Origin: an uncultured Candidatus Saccharibacteria bacterium
Lineage (GTDB): Bacteria; Patescibacteriota; Saccharimonadia; Saccharimonadales; Saccharimonadaceae
DNA length: 64,000 nt
NCBI GenBank assembly: GCA_964584145.1
Contig: CAZOYU010000002.1
Coordinates: 19,956-83,955 of the forward strand
Direction: 5' to 3'
The position numbers were made by a program, and so were the translations under genes. Below, in pieces: positions 9,558 to 18,342 of this stretch (positions are counted from its first letter, which is position 1; each line of letters opens with the position of its first letter). The notes beneath the pieces were generated by a model, which was given only the letters and a program-made list of their open reading frames with translations, was not told where the DNA came from and searched no databases.

Positions 9558-10211
9558 ATGAAACCAGCTGATGAAGCGGCAAACAATCAATCAACTGACA
9601 TTCCGGCTGTGACCGCGCCGGAAGACATGGACCTCTCGGCAATCAACGCTGCGATTGCTGAGTCTGCCAATGCCGCTGCGCAAGATCTCCAAAATACTTT
9701 TGATGTCGAAAATATCAGCCTCGACAACACGCCGACTACCGACGCCGAGCTCGCCGCTCAGCAAGCCGCCGATCCAAACCTTAGTCTCGCCGGCGCGCCT
9801 GCTGCTGAGCCTGCCGCCAATTCTGCAGCTACTCCCGTTGCTACTCCGACTGCCACTCCAGCGCCTGCCGCACCTGCTCAGCAAGCACCTGAAACCGCCG
9901 GTTTTGTTGACGGTGATTTAATGGACGACCCTGCTGCGCCTACCACAGCTTCTGCCGCGCCAGATTATGAAGCGATTAAAGCTGACCCAGTTGATTCCTT
10001 TGACGAGTCCGCCACTGCGGCCAACTCTGCGACTGACCCCGCTGAGGCGGCTGCCCCTGAAGCCGGCAAGCTCAAGCAGCCAATTAAAATGCCAAAAACC
10101 AATCTCGATTTTAATTCCGTCCTCCACAACAACGTTGCTATTATCGGCATCGTCGTTGGTGCGATTCTTATTCTTGTCCTCGCTCTTGTTGCCATCATCG
10201 TCCTTGCTTAA
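9558..10211 (+). CDS. Ala/Pro/Asp-rich low-complexity protein with a single C-terminal TM helix
   Basis: 217 aa. No signal peptide. Long acidic A/P/T-rich region followed by IIGIVVGAILILVLALVAIIVLA at the extreme C-terminus. Confidence 0.6.
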   Translation: MKPADEAANNQSTDIPAVTAPEDMDLSAINAAIAESANAAAQDLQNTFDVENISLDNTPTTDAELAAQQAADPNLSLAGAPAAEPAANSAATPVATPTATPAPAAPAQQAPETAGFVDGDLMDDPAAPTTASAAPDYEAIKADPVDSFDESATAANSATDPAEAAAPEAGKLKQPIKMPKTNLDFNSVLHNNVAIIGIVVGAILILVLALVAIIVLA

Positions 10212-10249
10212 GCTCGTCTTTATCTGTAAAAGATGTTACTATATGATTC

Positions 10250-11659
10250 ATGAAAGAATCATATATCACTACAGCTATTCCATACGTCAACGGTAATCCG
10301 CACCTTGGCCATGCTATGGATTATCTTCTTGCGGACACTCTCCGTCGATATATGATGTCTAAAGGCGAGAAAGTGCGCTTGCAGGCGGGTACTGATGAGC
10401 ATGGTAATAAGATTTTCAAAAAAGCCGCTGAGCTAAATATTCCTACACAGGAGTTTGTTGACCAAAATGCCGCAAAATTCCAAGATTTCATTCACTCGCT
10501 TGGTGTTGAATATACTGATTTTGTTCGCACTACCAATCCCGATCATGAACGTCGCTGCCAAGCTATTTGGCAACGCCTCTCCGACCATATCTATAAAGAC
10601 AGCTACGAAGGTTGGTACTGCGAGGGTTGTGAGAATTTCGTGACCGATAAAGAGCAAGCCGAAAATAATGGAGTTTGCCCAGATCATAAAAAGCCCTATA
10701 TTAAACTTAGCGAAGAGAATTATTATCTGCGCATTGCGGATTTCAAAGATCGTATTCGTGCCGCTATCGAAAGCGACGAGCTTAAAATTACCCCAACTTT
10801 CCGCAAAAAGGAATTTCTCAATCTCCTGAAAGATATGCCCGATGTTTCGATTTCGCGCCCGAAAGCGCAGGTTGCGTGGGGTGTGCCGGTGCCTGGCGAC
10901 GATTCGCAGGTTATGTACGTCTGGATTGACGCGCTCGCAAATTATCTCACCGTGCTTGGCTATCCTGACGAAGATATTTCGGATATTTGGCCAGCTCATA
11001 CCCAGATTGTTGGCAAAGATATTTTGCGCTTTCATGCTGGTATCTGGCCTGCCATGTTGATGGGGTTGGACTTGCCGCTGCCGCATAATTTGCTTGCGCA
11101 CGGTTTTATCACTGCCAACGGTGAAAAAATGTCCAAGTCGATTGGTAACGTGATTGATCCGCAGGAGATCCTCGCTAAGCATGGGCTTACGCCTTTCCGC
11201 TATTATTTCCTTCGCCACGCTTCGACGACCGATGACTCGGATTTTACTTGGGAAAAATATGAAGCGTCCTACAATGAACTCGCTAACGACCTTGGTAATC
11301 TTGTTCAGCGTCTAGCGACGCTCTGCAAAAAGAATGCATTAACTGGTCGCAAAGTGCAGAAAGTCGCCAATGCCGATTTTGACACGCGCATGCAGAATTA
11401 CGAATTCAATCTCGCCTTTGATTTGCTCTGGGAAGGTATTACGGAGTTGAACAAACGCATCGATGCCGAAAAGCCGTGGGCGGTCGCCAAAGAGGACCCT
11501 GCGCGAGCGCAAGCGATTCTCGCTCAAATGGTCGACGATTTACTCGCTATTAACGATCGTCTCGCTATCTTCTTGCCTGATACCGCTCAACAGATTGAGG
11601 GCATCTTTACGGCTGGCGAAATTCTGCCACCCGCCACGCCGCTTTTCCCTAAGAACTAA
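10250..11659 (+). CDS. metG: methionine--tRNA ligase (core form, no C-terminal tRNA-binding domain)
   Basis: 469 aa. HIGH-type motif (NGNPHLGHA), KMSKS motif and a Cys-containing knuckle (CEGCENF...CPDH). Confidence 0.95.
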   Translation: MKESYITTAIPYVNGNPHLGHAMDYLLADTLRRYMMSKGEKVRLQAGTDEHGNKIFKKAAELNIPTQEFVDQNAAKFQDFIHSLGVEYTDFVRTTNPDHERRCQAIWQRLSDHIYKDSYEGWYCEGCENFVTDKEQAENNGVCPDHKKPYIKLSEENYYLRIADFKDRIRAAIESDELKITPTFRKKEFLNLLKDMPDVSISRPKAQVAWGVPVPGDDSQVMYVWIDALANYLTVLGYPDEDISDIWPAHTQIVGKDILRFHAGIWPAMLMGLDLPLPHNLLAHGFITANGEKMSKSIGNVIDPQEILAKHGLTPFRYYFLRHASTTDDSDFTWEKYEASYNELANDLGNLVQRLATLCKKNALTGRKVQKVANADFDTRMQNYEFNLAFDLLWEGITELNKRIDAEKPWAVAKEDPARAQAILAQMVDDLLAINDRLAIFLPDTAQQIEGIFTAGEILPPATPLFPKN

Positions 11660-11690
11660 AAAATAACTCCCGCAAGGGAGTATTTTTTTA
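11657..11690. terminator. bidirectional rho-independent terminator
   Basis: aaaaaataaCTCCCgcaaGGGAGtattttttt lies between convergent metG (+) and the LtaS-like gene (-). Confidence 0.8.
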
Positions 11691-11714
11691 GTGCGTTTAT
11701 TCTTGTCGCGTCCT

Positions 11715-13628
11715 TTAGCGCATCCAATATTTTTTACCGCCAAGAATATCGTAAGTAAATAATTCATAGTCGCGCAGAATTTCTGCTTGTGACAATTCGC
11801 GCCCTTCCAGCCAAGTTGCCGCCAGAATTGGTTCTGCCGAACAAACGTCGTCCACCAGGTAATAGTACGAATCTTTCTGCCAATTCAGCAAATTATACAT
11901 TGTATTTACTAAACAGTTTGGCGTCGTCGTCGGTAAGTAGCTCGTACTAAAATCCGCATCATAATTCGCATAGACAAAATATGGCGTTACCCGCGACAGA
12001 TCTCGTACTTCTTTCACTTCATTGCTGTTCGTATTATCGAATAAGCCCGCCGAATGATCGCCAAAGAACAATACGACCACTTTCTTATCCAATTCTTCCA
12101 GACTATCGATAAATTCACCCAAATATGTGTCCGAATTATGCAAACTCTGATAATAAATTGAGATATCCGAACGCTTATCTTCCGTGATATCTTCGTTTGT
12201 TACCGCAAATTCCGTTTCTTCATAATTGCCCGCATTGTATGGCGTGTGATTTTGCATTGTAATTAGGCCAATCATCTGATTCTCGTCGGAGTTTTTCAGC
12301 ATGTCCAGTGTTTCTTGATATGCTGAGCGATCATTAATGTATTCAGAATTGCCATCATGCTCTTGATGCGTCATTTCATGCTCGTCGATAAATGTATCGA
12401 AACCTTCATTTATCAGTGCAATGTTGCGCTTATACATGCCGCCATTGTAGGGGTGAATTGCCGTCGTCTTATAACCTAATTTTTTGTAAGTCTGCGCAAT
12501 GCTCGGAATTTCGCTCGCTTTCGGGATCAACGCTGTGTATGGTACCGTATTTACCCAATAATTCGTCATGCTTGTGAATGCCTCAAATTCGACATTCGCC
12601 GTGCCGCCACCATAATCCAGCGAATACATATAGCCGCTCGGATATTTGCGCATAATTCGGTGTAGGTTTGGCAAAATATCGCCGCCCGTATGTGGATAAT
12701 AATCTTCAAATTTCAAGCCCTGGAATTCTACGCTCGGATCATAGAATGATTCATTTAAAATCACCACGATGTTTACATCTTCGTCCGCTGCCGAAATGCG
12801 GTTTTTGTTTTCTTTCTCGGCGCGGTCGTCATATTCCGCTTTTAGCTCAGTAATTTTCGCTTCGCTATACTCGTCCGGCTTCGATAATTGCAATTTCTGT
12901 AAGTTATACAAAAAGCCCAGAATAAAGCCATTGTCGTCGTAGTTGCGGTTTTGGTTCCAGGCCGTAAAATGCGTACCTAGGAAAGTGTCTTCGTAGCGGC
13001 TGCCATCATTGTGGCGCACGAAATCCGTTACAAAGAAAAATGATAAGCCCGCTATCGTAATAACCGCTAGTCGCATCACTAAGAAATGCCGTTTCGCAAA
13101 ACTCGGGCTAGGATTTTTATAGCCAAGATATAATTTATTTGCCACTTTGTGATTAAAGAAAATTGTCAGCGCGATAATCAGCGCAATCGCTGCAATCATG
13201 CGCATAATTGATTCAGCCGTTACGAATTTCGTCAGCGAAGATGCTTCGCTCGCCAGCTGAAAATCTTCCGGCAGTAGCGGAAAACCGCGCGAATTATATT
13301 TATTGATATGCGCATAAGTTATGACGGTGACAATGATCCACATCGCGCCCGCTGCTGTGCCAGGTTTTTCGCAAATCCCCCACAGTAGCACTAACATTAG
13401 CCACATCAAGAAGGCATTAAAGAAAAATGGTGCCGGACTACCAATTGCAAAGCTCCAAGTCCGACTAAAATCGTTGATAAAATAGCGATATTCCAGAAAC
13501 CATGTCAAAAAAATCGCCGCTAACGCCAAGAAGATTATTGAATTCAGAAAATACATCTTGCGATTATCTAATCGCCGAAAAAACCGCAACTTCAACTTCA
13601 GTTTCTTCGTTTTGATTTTTTTCATCAT
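11715..13628 (-). CDS. LtaS-family sulfatase-domain membrane protein (phosphoglycerol/alkaline-phosphatase superfamily transferase)
   Basis: 637 aa. About 5 N-terminal TM helices are followed by an extracellular sulfatase-like domain (VVILNESFYDP ... GGTANVEFE ... VVLFFGDHS). Confidence 0.75.
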   Translation of the reverse strand: MMKKIKTKKLKLKLRFFRRLDNRKMYFLNSIIFLALAAIFLTWFLEYRYFINDFSRTWSFAIGSPAPFFFNAFLMWLMLVLLWGICEKPGTAAGAMWIIVTVITYAHINKYNSRGFPLLPEDFQLASEASSLTKFVTAESIMRMIAAIALIIALTIFFNHKVANKLYLGYKNPSPSFAKRHFLVMRLAVITIAGLSFFFVTDFVRHNDGSRYEDTFLGTHFTAWNQNRNYDDNGFILGFLYNLQKLQLSKPDEYSEAKITELKAEYDDRAEKENKNRISAADEDVNIVVILNESFYDPSVEFQGLKFEDYYPHTGGDILPNLHRIMRKYPSGYMYSLDYGGGTANVEFEAFTSMTNYWVNTVPYTALIPKASEIPSIAQTYKKLGYKTTAIHPYNGGMYKRNIALINEGFDTFIDEHEMTHQEHDGNSEYINDRSAYQETLDMLKNSDENQMIGLITMQNHTPYNAGNYEETEFAVTNEDITEDKRSDISIYYQSLHNSDTYLGEFIDSLEELDKKVVVLFFGDHSAGLFDNTNSNEVKEVRDLSRVTPYFVYANYDADFSTSYLPTTTPNCLVNTMYNLLNWQKDSYYYLVDDVCSAEPILAATWLEGRELSQAEILRDYELFTYDILGGKKYWMR

Positions 13629-13750
13629 TTCATTATAACATGCAGGCCTTGCGCTGGGGCTTCATGCTTATGCTTTTAATTCCGACATTTTCTCGGCAAA
13701 CTGAGAGTATGCAATGATTCCGACGCGATTATCATGCTTCACTGATTCCG

Positions 13751-15184
13751 TTGCTTTTTTGCTTTGCGCTGATTTTTGGAATCATTCTTGCTCGGATTCT
13801 TGGCATGATCGTTGATGTATTATTATTGTGTCTGCTTGCTTTGCTGTGTCTCGGGTTAAGCTTGGCCTATCGCAACTTCCTGCGTCTTATCTTTGCGTTC
13901 GTTTCTGGTATCTGTGCTGGTTATGCGCGCCAAGTTGTTATTCTGCAGGACCAAGCAAAACTCGCCGCATATTACGGACAAGAGATAGTTCTGGTAGGTG
14001 TTCTTTTAGAAGATGCTACCGAGCGGGAAGCGCAGCTTCGCCTTCGTATCGGCGGCTTATCCCTTAATTATAGCACAAATATTAAAAATTGTCAAGTATA
14101 TGCCATTCTGGCGAGCTCTTCGGCGGGTGCTTCGACAGATTTGCGCCGTTCTGACCGTGTTACTCTGCGCGGGCGTCTCTCTGAAGGCTTTGGCGAATAT
14201 GCTGGTTTCGTTTATCGCCCCGAACTTGTTTCGCTGGGCAAACCTAGTCCGCCCGATTTTGCCAATCAGCTCAAGCAACGTTTTGCGGAGAATATCCAGT
14301 CGCTTTTTGAACCAGAAGTTTCTAGCCTCGCCCTCGGCTACCTCGTCGGCGACAAGAGTGGCATGTCTGAAGATTTTACTGAGCAATTACGCCTTGCTGG
14401 TCTTTCTCATCTCGTCGTCACTTCTGGCTTTCATCTCTCAATTCTGCTTTCTGTCGTCAAGAAAATTCTTGGCAAAATTTCTCGCGCCGCCATTATTCTT
14501 GGCACGCTCGCTGTTGTACTTGCTTTTATTTCCGTCACAGGCTTCAGTGCCAGCATGGCGCGCGCTGGTTTAATGAGTCTACTCGCGCTATTTGCTTGGT
14601 ATTTTGGTCGTAAATTCCACCCCGCTCGGCTTTTTCTTTATGTTGTCGCGCTCACGCTATTGCTTAATCCTTATAACCTCCAGAATATTGGCTGGCAACT
14701 TTCTTTTGCTGCCTATTTCGGCATTATCTTTTTTGCGCCGGTCCTGACGAAATACCTCTATGGCTGCGCTAAGCCCGGCTTTCTTACTGGCGCTTTTCTC
14801 GTTTCGCTTTCTGCGCAACTCTTCTGTCTGCCGATTAGTATTTACTATTTTGGCATGTTCTCAGTTGCGGGCCTGTTTCTCGGTCTCATCATCTCGCCCA
14901 CCATCGCACCCATCATGGCGCTTACTTTGCTTAGCGGTACATTCCTGCCGCTTGCTGCTAAGCCAACAGTCCTCATCATCCGGATTCATCTCTATCTCAT
15001 TAATCTTGCTGCGCAAATTCCTTGGGCGAGCTTTACGCTACCTGCCGGCAATGCCGTTATCCTGCTGGCTTACTTGCCCCTATGCGTACTTCTTTTCATC
15101 CTCAAGCGGCGCAGTCATTACGATTTCCGTCCACAGGCTACCCTAGCTAAAAGCCAAAAATATGGTAGAATATATGCATGTTAA
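13751..15184 (+). CDS. comEC: ComEC/Rec2-family DNA internalisation channel, short form without C-terminal metallo-beta-lactamase domain
   Basis: 477 aa and polytopic. Competence-domain signature (LAGLSHLVVTSGFHLSIL ... SVTGFSASMARAGLM). TTG start from the ORF track, so the exact start is uncertain. Confidence 0.8.
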   Translation: MLFCFALIFGIILARILGMIVDVLLLCLLALLCLGLSLAYRNFLRLIFAFVSGICAGYARQVVILQDQAKLAAYYGQEIVLVGVLLEDATEREAQLRLRIGGLSLNYSTNIKNCQVYAILASSSAGASTDLRRSDRVTLRGRLSEGFGEYAGFVYRPELVSLGKPSPPDFANQLKQRFAENIQSLFEPEVSSLALGYLVGDKSGMSEDFTEQLRLAGLSHLVVTSGFHLSILLSVVKKILGKISRAAIILGTLAVVLAFISVTGFSASMARAGLMSLLALFAWYFGRKFHPARLFLYVVALTLLLNPYNLQNIGWQLSFAAYFGIIFFAPVLTKYLYGCAKPGFLTGAFLVSLSAQLFCLPISIYYFGMFSVAGLFLGLIISPTIAPIMALTLLSGTFLPLAAKPTVLIIRIHLYLINLAAQIPWASFTLPAGNAVILLAYLPLCVLLFILKRRSHYDFRPQATLAKSQKYGRIYAC

Positions 15185-15582
15185 TTCATTCTGAAACCGA
15201 GATGCTCGAATATGGCCGCACGCTAGGCGCGAAACTCCAAGCTCCCGCTGTTTTAGAATTGCTTGGCGATGTGGGCGCCGGCAAAACTACACTCGTACGT
15301 GGTATTGCGCAGGGACTTGGTGTCAAGGAAGCCATCACTTCGCCTTCCTTTACTATCTCCAAAGAATATCTTGGCACTAACTATCGTCTCGTTCATTATG
15401 ATTTCTATCGTCTCGCCGACCCAGGCATCATGTCTGAAGACCTCGCCGAGGCTATTAATGACCCCAACGCTATCACGATTATTGAATGGGGCGACAGCAT
15501 TCAAAATGTCCTACCTAAACAACACCGTATCATCGAAATTAAATACATCGACGAGCAGACACGGGAGCTTACCGAAAAATGA
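15178..15582 (+). CDS. tsaE: tRNA t6A37 biosynthesis ATPase TsaE
   Basis: 134 aa. P-loop GDVGAGKTT, SPSFT and HYDFYRL motifs. Confidence 0.9.
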   Translation: MLIHSETEMLEYGRTLGAKLQAPAVLELLGDVGAGKTTLVRGIAQGLGVKEAITSPSFTISKEYLGTNYRLVHYDFYRLADPGIMSEDLAEAINDPNAITIIEWGDSIQNVLPKQHRIIEIKYIDEQTRELTEK

Positions 15583-15911
15583 AACTTTATCTCGACACCT
15601 CTACGCCAACCACTGTTCTGAAACTCGACGACCAGACCTACGAATGGGCATCTGGCCGTACGCTGGCGCGCGACTTACTTAAATTCATCCATGATAAACT
15701 CCAAGCTAATGGCAAAGATTGGCACGACCTTAGCGAGATTACTTTCATGTCTGGTCCAGGTAGTTTTACTGGTTTGCGTATTGGCGCCGTCGTTGTTAAT
15801 ACGCTCGCTAACGACCTCAAAATTCCGCTTTATAATCATCGTGGTGAACGCGTCGAGCTAATTCTGCCTGAATATGGCCGCCCCGCCAACATTACGCCGC
15901 CACGAAAATAA
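15579..15911 (+). CDS. tsaB: TsaB-like protein, N-terminal half only
   Basis: 110 aa. MKLYLDTST... and MSGPGSFTGLRIG match the TsaB N-domain. Overlaps the tsaE stop (ATGA). About half the usual TsaB length. Confidence 0.75.
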   Translation: MKLYLDTSTPTTVLKLDDQTYEWASGRTLARDLLKFIHDKLQANGKDWHDLSEITFMSGPGSFTGLRIGAVVVNTLANDLKIPLYNHRGERVELILPEYGRPANITPPRK

Positions 15912-15993
15912 TCTCTGTGTTAAAATGACTTCAGGGGGATTTTAATTTTTATCAACGATTTTATTTTCATTTCACAGAAAAGAGAGGGACCGT

Positions 15994-17511
15994 ATGGAAT
16001 ATCTTATTCCAGTTATCGCGCTCATTTTGGGCGCGGGCGCTGGCGCAGGCAGTATTTTTGTCTACAATAAACATAATGAAACAGGTGGCAAGGCCAAAGC
16101 TGACGACCTCGTGCGCAAAGCTAAACACGAAGCTTCCGAGATTGTTTTGAATGCCAAAAAAGAGGCCTCTAACATCAATGAAAAAGCTCAACGCGAAGAA
16201 GATAGCCGCCGCAAAGAGTGGAAGCGTACCGAAGACCGCCTAGTTGAGCGTGAGAATTTGCTCGATACTAAACTCGACCAAATCGAGAAGAAGTCCGATC
16301 ATCTGCGCAAGCAAGAAGGCGAAATTGAAGAGCTCAAAGACGAAGTCCGCGCTATTCGCACTAAGGCGCAAGAAAAGCTCGAAAAAATCGCTGGTCTCAG
16401 CAAAACTGAAGCAAAAGAAAAGCTCATGACTATGACTGAGCGCGATATTAAAGAGGATCTCAGCAATCTCGTAATTAAGCAGCAAAAAGCTTTCAATGAC
16501 CATATCGACGACACTGCCGAAGCAATGTTGCTTACTGCTATGGAGCGCATGTCCTCTGAAGTTACCGCTGATCGCACTGTTACTAGCCTTAAACTACCCG
16601 ATGATGACATGAAGGGGCGCATTATTGGCAAGGAAGGGCGCAATATTCAAGCTCTCCAACATGCGACCGGCGTTGATGTATTAGTCGATGATACTCCGGG
16701 CATGGTTGTCCTCAGTAGCTTCGATCCAATTCGTCGCCAAGTCGCTCGCTATGCTTTGGAACGTCTCATGAAAGATGGCCGCATTAATCCGTCCAGCATC
16801 GAAGAGGCTGTTGCCAAAGCTGAGCGTGAAATCGAAAAAGAGGTCGTGCGTGCTGGCGAAGATGCCGCCCGCGAAGTTGGTGTCATTGGCATTCCTTCCG
16901 AAATTCTTCATCTTCTCGGCGAGCTCAAATTCCGCACCAGCTATGGCCAAAATGTTCTATTACATTCCATTGAGATGGCGCATATGGCCGGCATGATTGC
17001 CGAAGAAATCGGTGCCGACGTGCGCATTACTAAAACTGCTACCCTACTCCATGATATGGGCAAAGCGGTTACGCATAAAATTGAGGGGAAGCACGCCGAT
17101 ATTGGTGCCGAGCTGGCGAAAAAATATGGTATGGAAGATGCGATCGTGCATGCTATCGCCGCACATCATGACGATATCGAGCCAACCACGCCAGAAGCAA
17201 TCATTGTTAAAATCGTTGATGCCATTTCTGCTGCCCGCCCAGGCGCACGCAATATTTCTGCCGAGAACTTCGCTGAGCGTATGAAAGCGCTCGAGAATGT
17301 CGCCACCAGCTTTCAGGGCATCGATAAAGCCTACGCTATTTCGGCTGGTCGCGAAATTCGTGTCATCGTTGAACCGAAACAAATTGACGACCTCTCGGCG
17401 CTCAAGCTTGCGCGCGATATCGCCGACAAAATCGAAGCCACTATGCAGTATCCGGGTGTCGTCAAAGTTAATGTCATCCGCGAGACTCGCGCAATTGAAT
17501 ACGCTAAGTAG
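15994..17511 (+). CDS. rny: ribonuclease Y
   Basis: 505 aa. N-terminal TM helix, coiled coil, KH domain (GRIIGKEGRNIQ) and HD domain (LLHDMGK ... HHDD). Confidence 0.95.
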   Translation: MEYLIPVIALILGAGAGAGSIFVYNKHNETGGKAKADDLVRKAKHEASEIVLNAKKEASNINEKAQREEDSRRKEWKRTEDRLVERENLLDTKLDQIEKKSDHLRKQEGEIEELKDEVRAIRTKAQEKLEKIAGLSKTEAKEKLMTMTERDIKEDLSNLVIKQQKAFNDHIDDTAEAMLLTAMERMSSEVTADRTVTSLKLPDDDMKGRIIGKEGRNIQALQHATGVDVLVDDTPGMVVLSSFDPIRRQVARYALERLMKDGRINPSSIEEAVAKAEREIEKEVVRAGEDAAREVGVIGIPSEILHLLGELKFRTSYGQNVLLHSIEMAHMAGMIAEEIGADVRITKTATLLHDMGKAVTHKIEGKHADIGAELAKKYGMEDAIVHAIAAHHDDIEPTTPEAIIVKIVDAISAARPGARNISAENFAERMKALENVATSFQGIDKAYAISAGREIRVIVEPKQIDDLSALKLARDIADKIEATMQYPGVVKVNVIRETRAIEYAK

Positions 17512-17534
17512 CTGAAGTGAAACTGGAAGCATCC

Positions 17535-17562
17535 AAAAGCTAGCGTTCTTCGCTAGCTTTTT
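17535..17562 (+). terminator. rho-independent terminator after rny
   Basis: AAAAGCTAGCGttcttCGCTAGCTTTT followed by a T run. Confidence 0.8.
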
Positions 17563-17576
17563 CAGCTCTGTTTTAG

Positions 17577-17582
17577 TATAAT
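17577..17582 (+). promoter_or_regulatory. -10 box (TATAAT) 7 nt upstream of the A1 ATG; possible leaderless start
   Basis: tagTATAATattaagcATG. No Shine-Dalgarno sequence between the box and the ATG. Confidence 0.45.
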
Positions 17583-17589
17583 ATTAAGC

Positions 17590-18342
17590 ATGAGCTCAAA
17601 TAATCACCAATCTATTAATGAGCCAAATCAAGCCCCCGCACCTGATGATGTGTCGCTTCTTACTCCACCGAGTAACGACATCTCATCTGCGGATTCCGAG
17701 GTGAAGTTCAAGAGCGAAGATATTTCTAAGAAAAAACATACTCATTTCTTCCTCCATGTCAAAGAAGATGAAGATTCCGCAAAGGCCGCCCTGCGCCAAG
17801 CCAAAGCTGATAAGCGTCGCCGCACCTGGCGCCGTCATTGGCTGAAATTTTCCCTTGCTGGTGTTCTTGCACTTGCCGTTTTGATTGGCGGCGGCATCTA
17901 TATTAAGCACGTTGTTGATACTAAGGTTCAAGAAACCGCCGAAGCTGAAGCACTAGAGATTACTATTGCCGCCACATCGGCTGCCGGTGACAAAATTGTT
18001 GAAATTCGTAATTTGATGTATTCTGGTTCGCCTACCGCTCTTGACGACGTTAGAGATGCCTACGAAGACGCCATTTCTAACTCTGACGATATTATAGAGC
18101 GTCGCACTTTGGAGATCAGCTATGTTGAATATCTAACTTTTTTTGAAAAGCGGTATGCTGAAGCGCTCGAAAAACTTAATGTTTATGTTGAGCAATATGA
18201 AGATAAGGACCAATGCATAATTATTAATAGCTACATTGATATTTACATTGGCCTCGAAGACACTGAAAACATTGAAAAATATGAGGAACTTCGCGCGCAA
18301 AAATGTGCTACGGGTGAAAGCGACAATGAAGACTATCTCTAA
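17590..18342 (+). CDS. cassette protein A1: bitopic membrane protein with disordered/basic cytoplasmic head, one TM helix and an acidic helical ectodomain
   Basis: 250 aa. Motifs KSEDISKK..HFFLHVKEDEDSAKAA, basic stretch KRRRTWRRHW, TM LAGVLALAVLIGGGIYI, then a helical Asp/Glu/Tyr-rich C-terminal domain. Same architecture as A2 and A3. Confidence 0.85.
   Translation: MSSNNHQSINEPNQAPAPDDVSLLTPPSNDISSADSEVKFKSEDISKKKHTHFFLHVKEDEDSAKAALRQAKADKRRRTWRRHWLKFSLAGVLALAVLIGGGIYIKHVVDTKVQETAEAEALEITIAATSAAGDKIVEIRNLMYSGSPTALDDVRDAYEDAISNSDDIIERRTLEISYVEYLTFFEKRYAEALEKLNVYVEQYEDKDQCIIINSYIDIYIGLEDTENIEKYEELRAQKCATGESDNEDYL

Noticed and set aside
10433-11218. 261-aa minus-strand ORF opposite metG
   Set aside because: The metG frame has HIGH and KMSKS motifs, so this is a shadow ORF.
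18236-18325. Upstream ORF-track starts for B1 (18236), B3 (29027), rnhA (36888), glgB (2365), the CYTH-like gene (37336) and pgsA (44304)
   Set aside because: The extensions overlap upstream genes or tRNAs and destroy the signal peptide or known N-terminal motif. Internal ATGs with an SD or -10 context give canonical N-termini.
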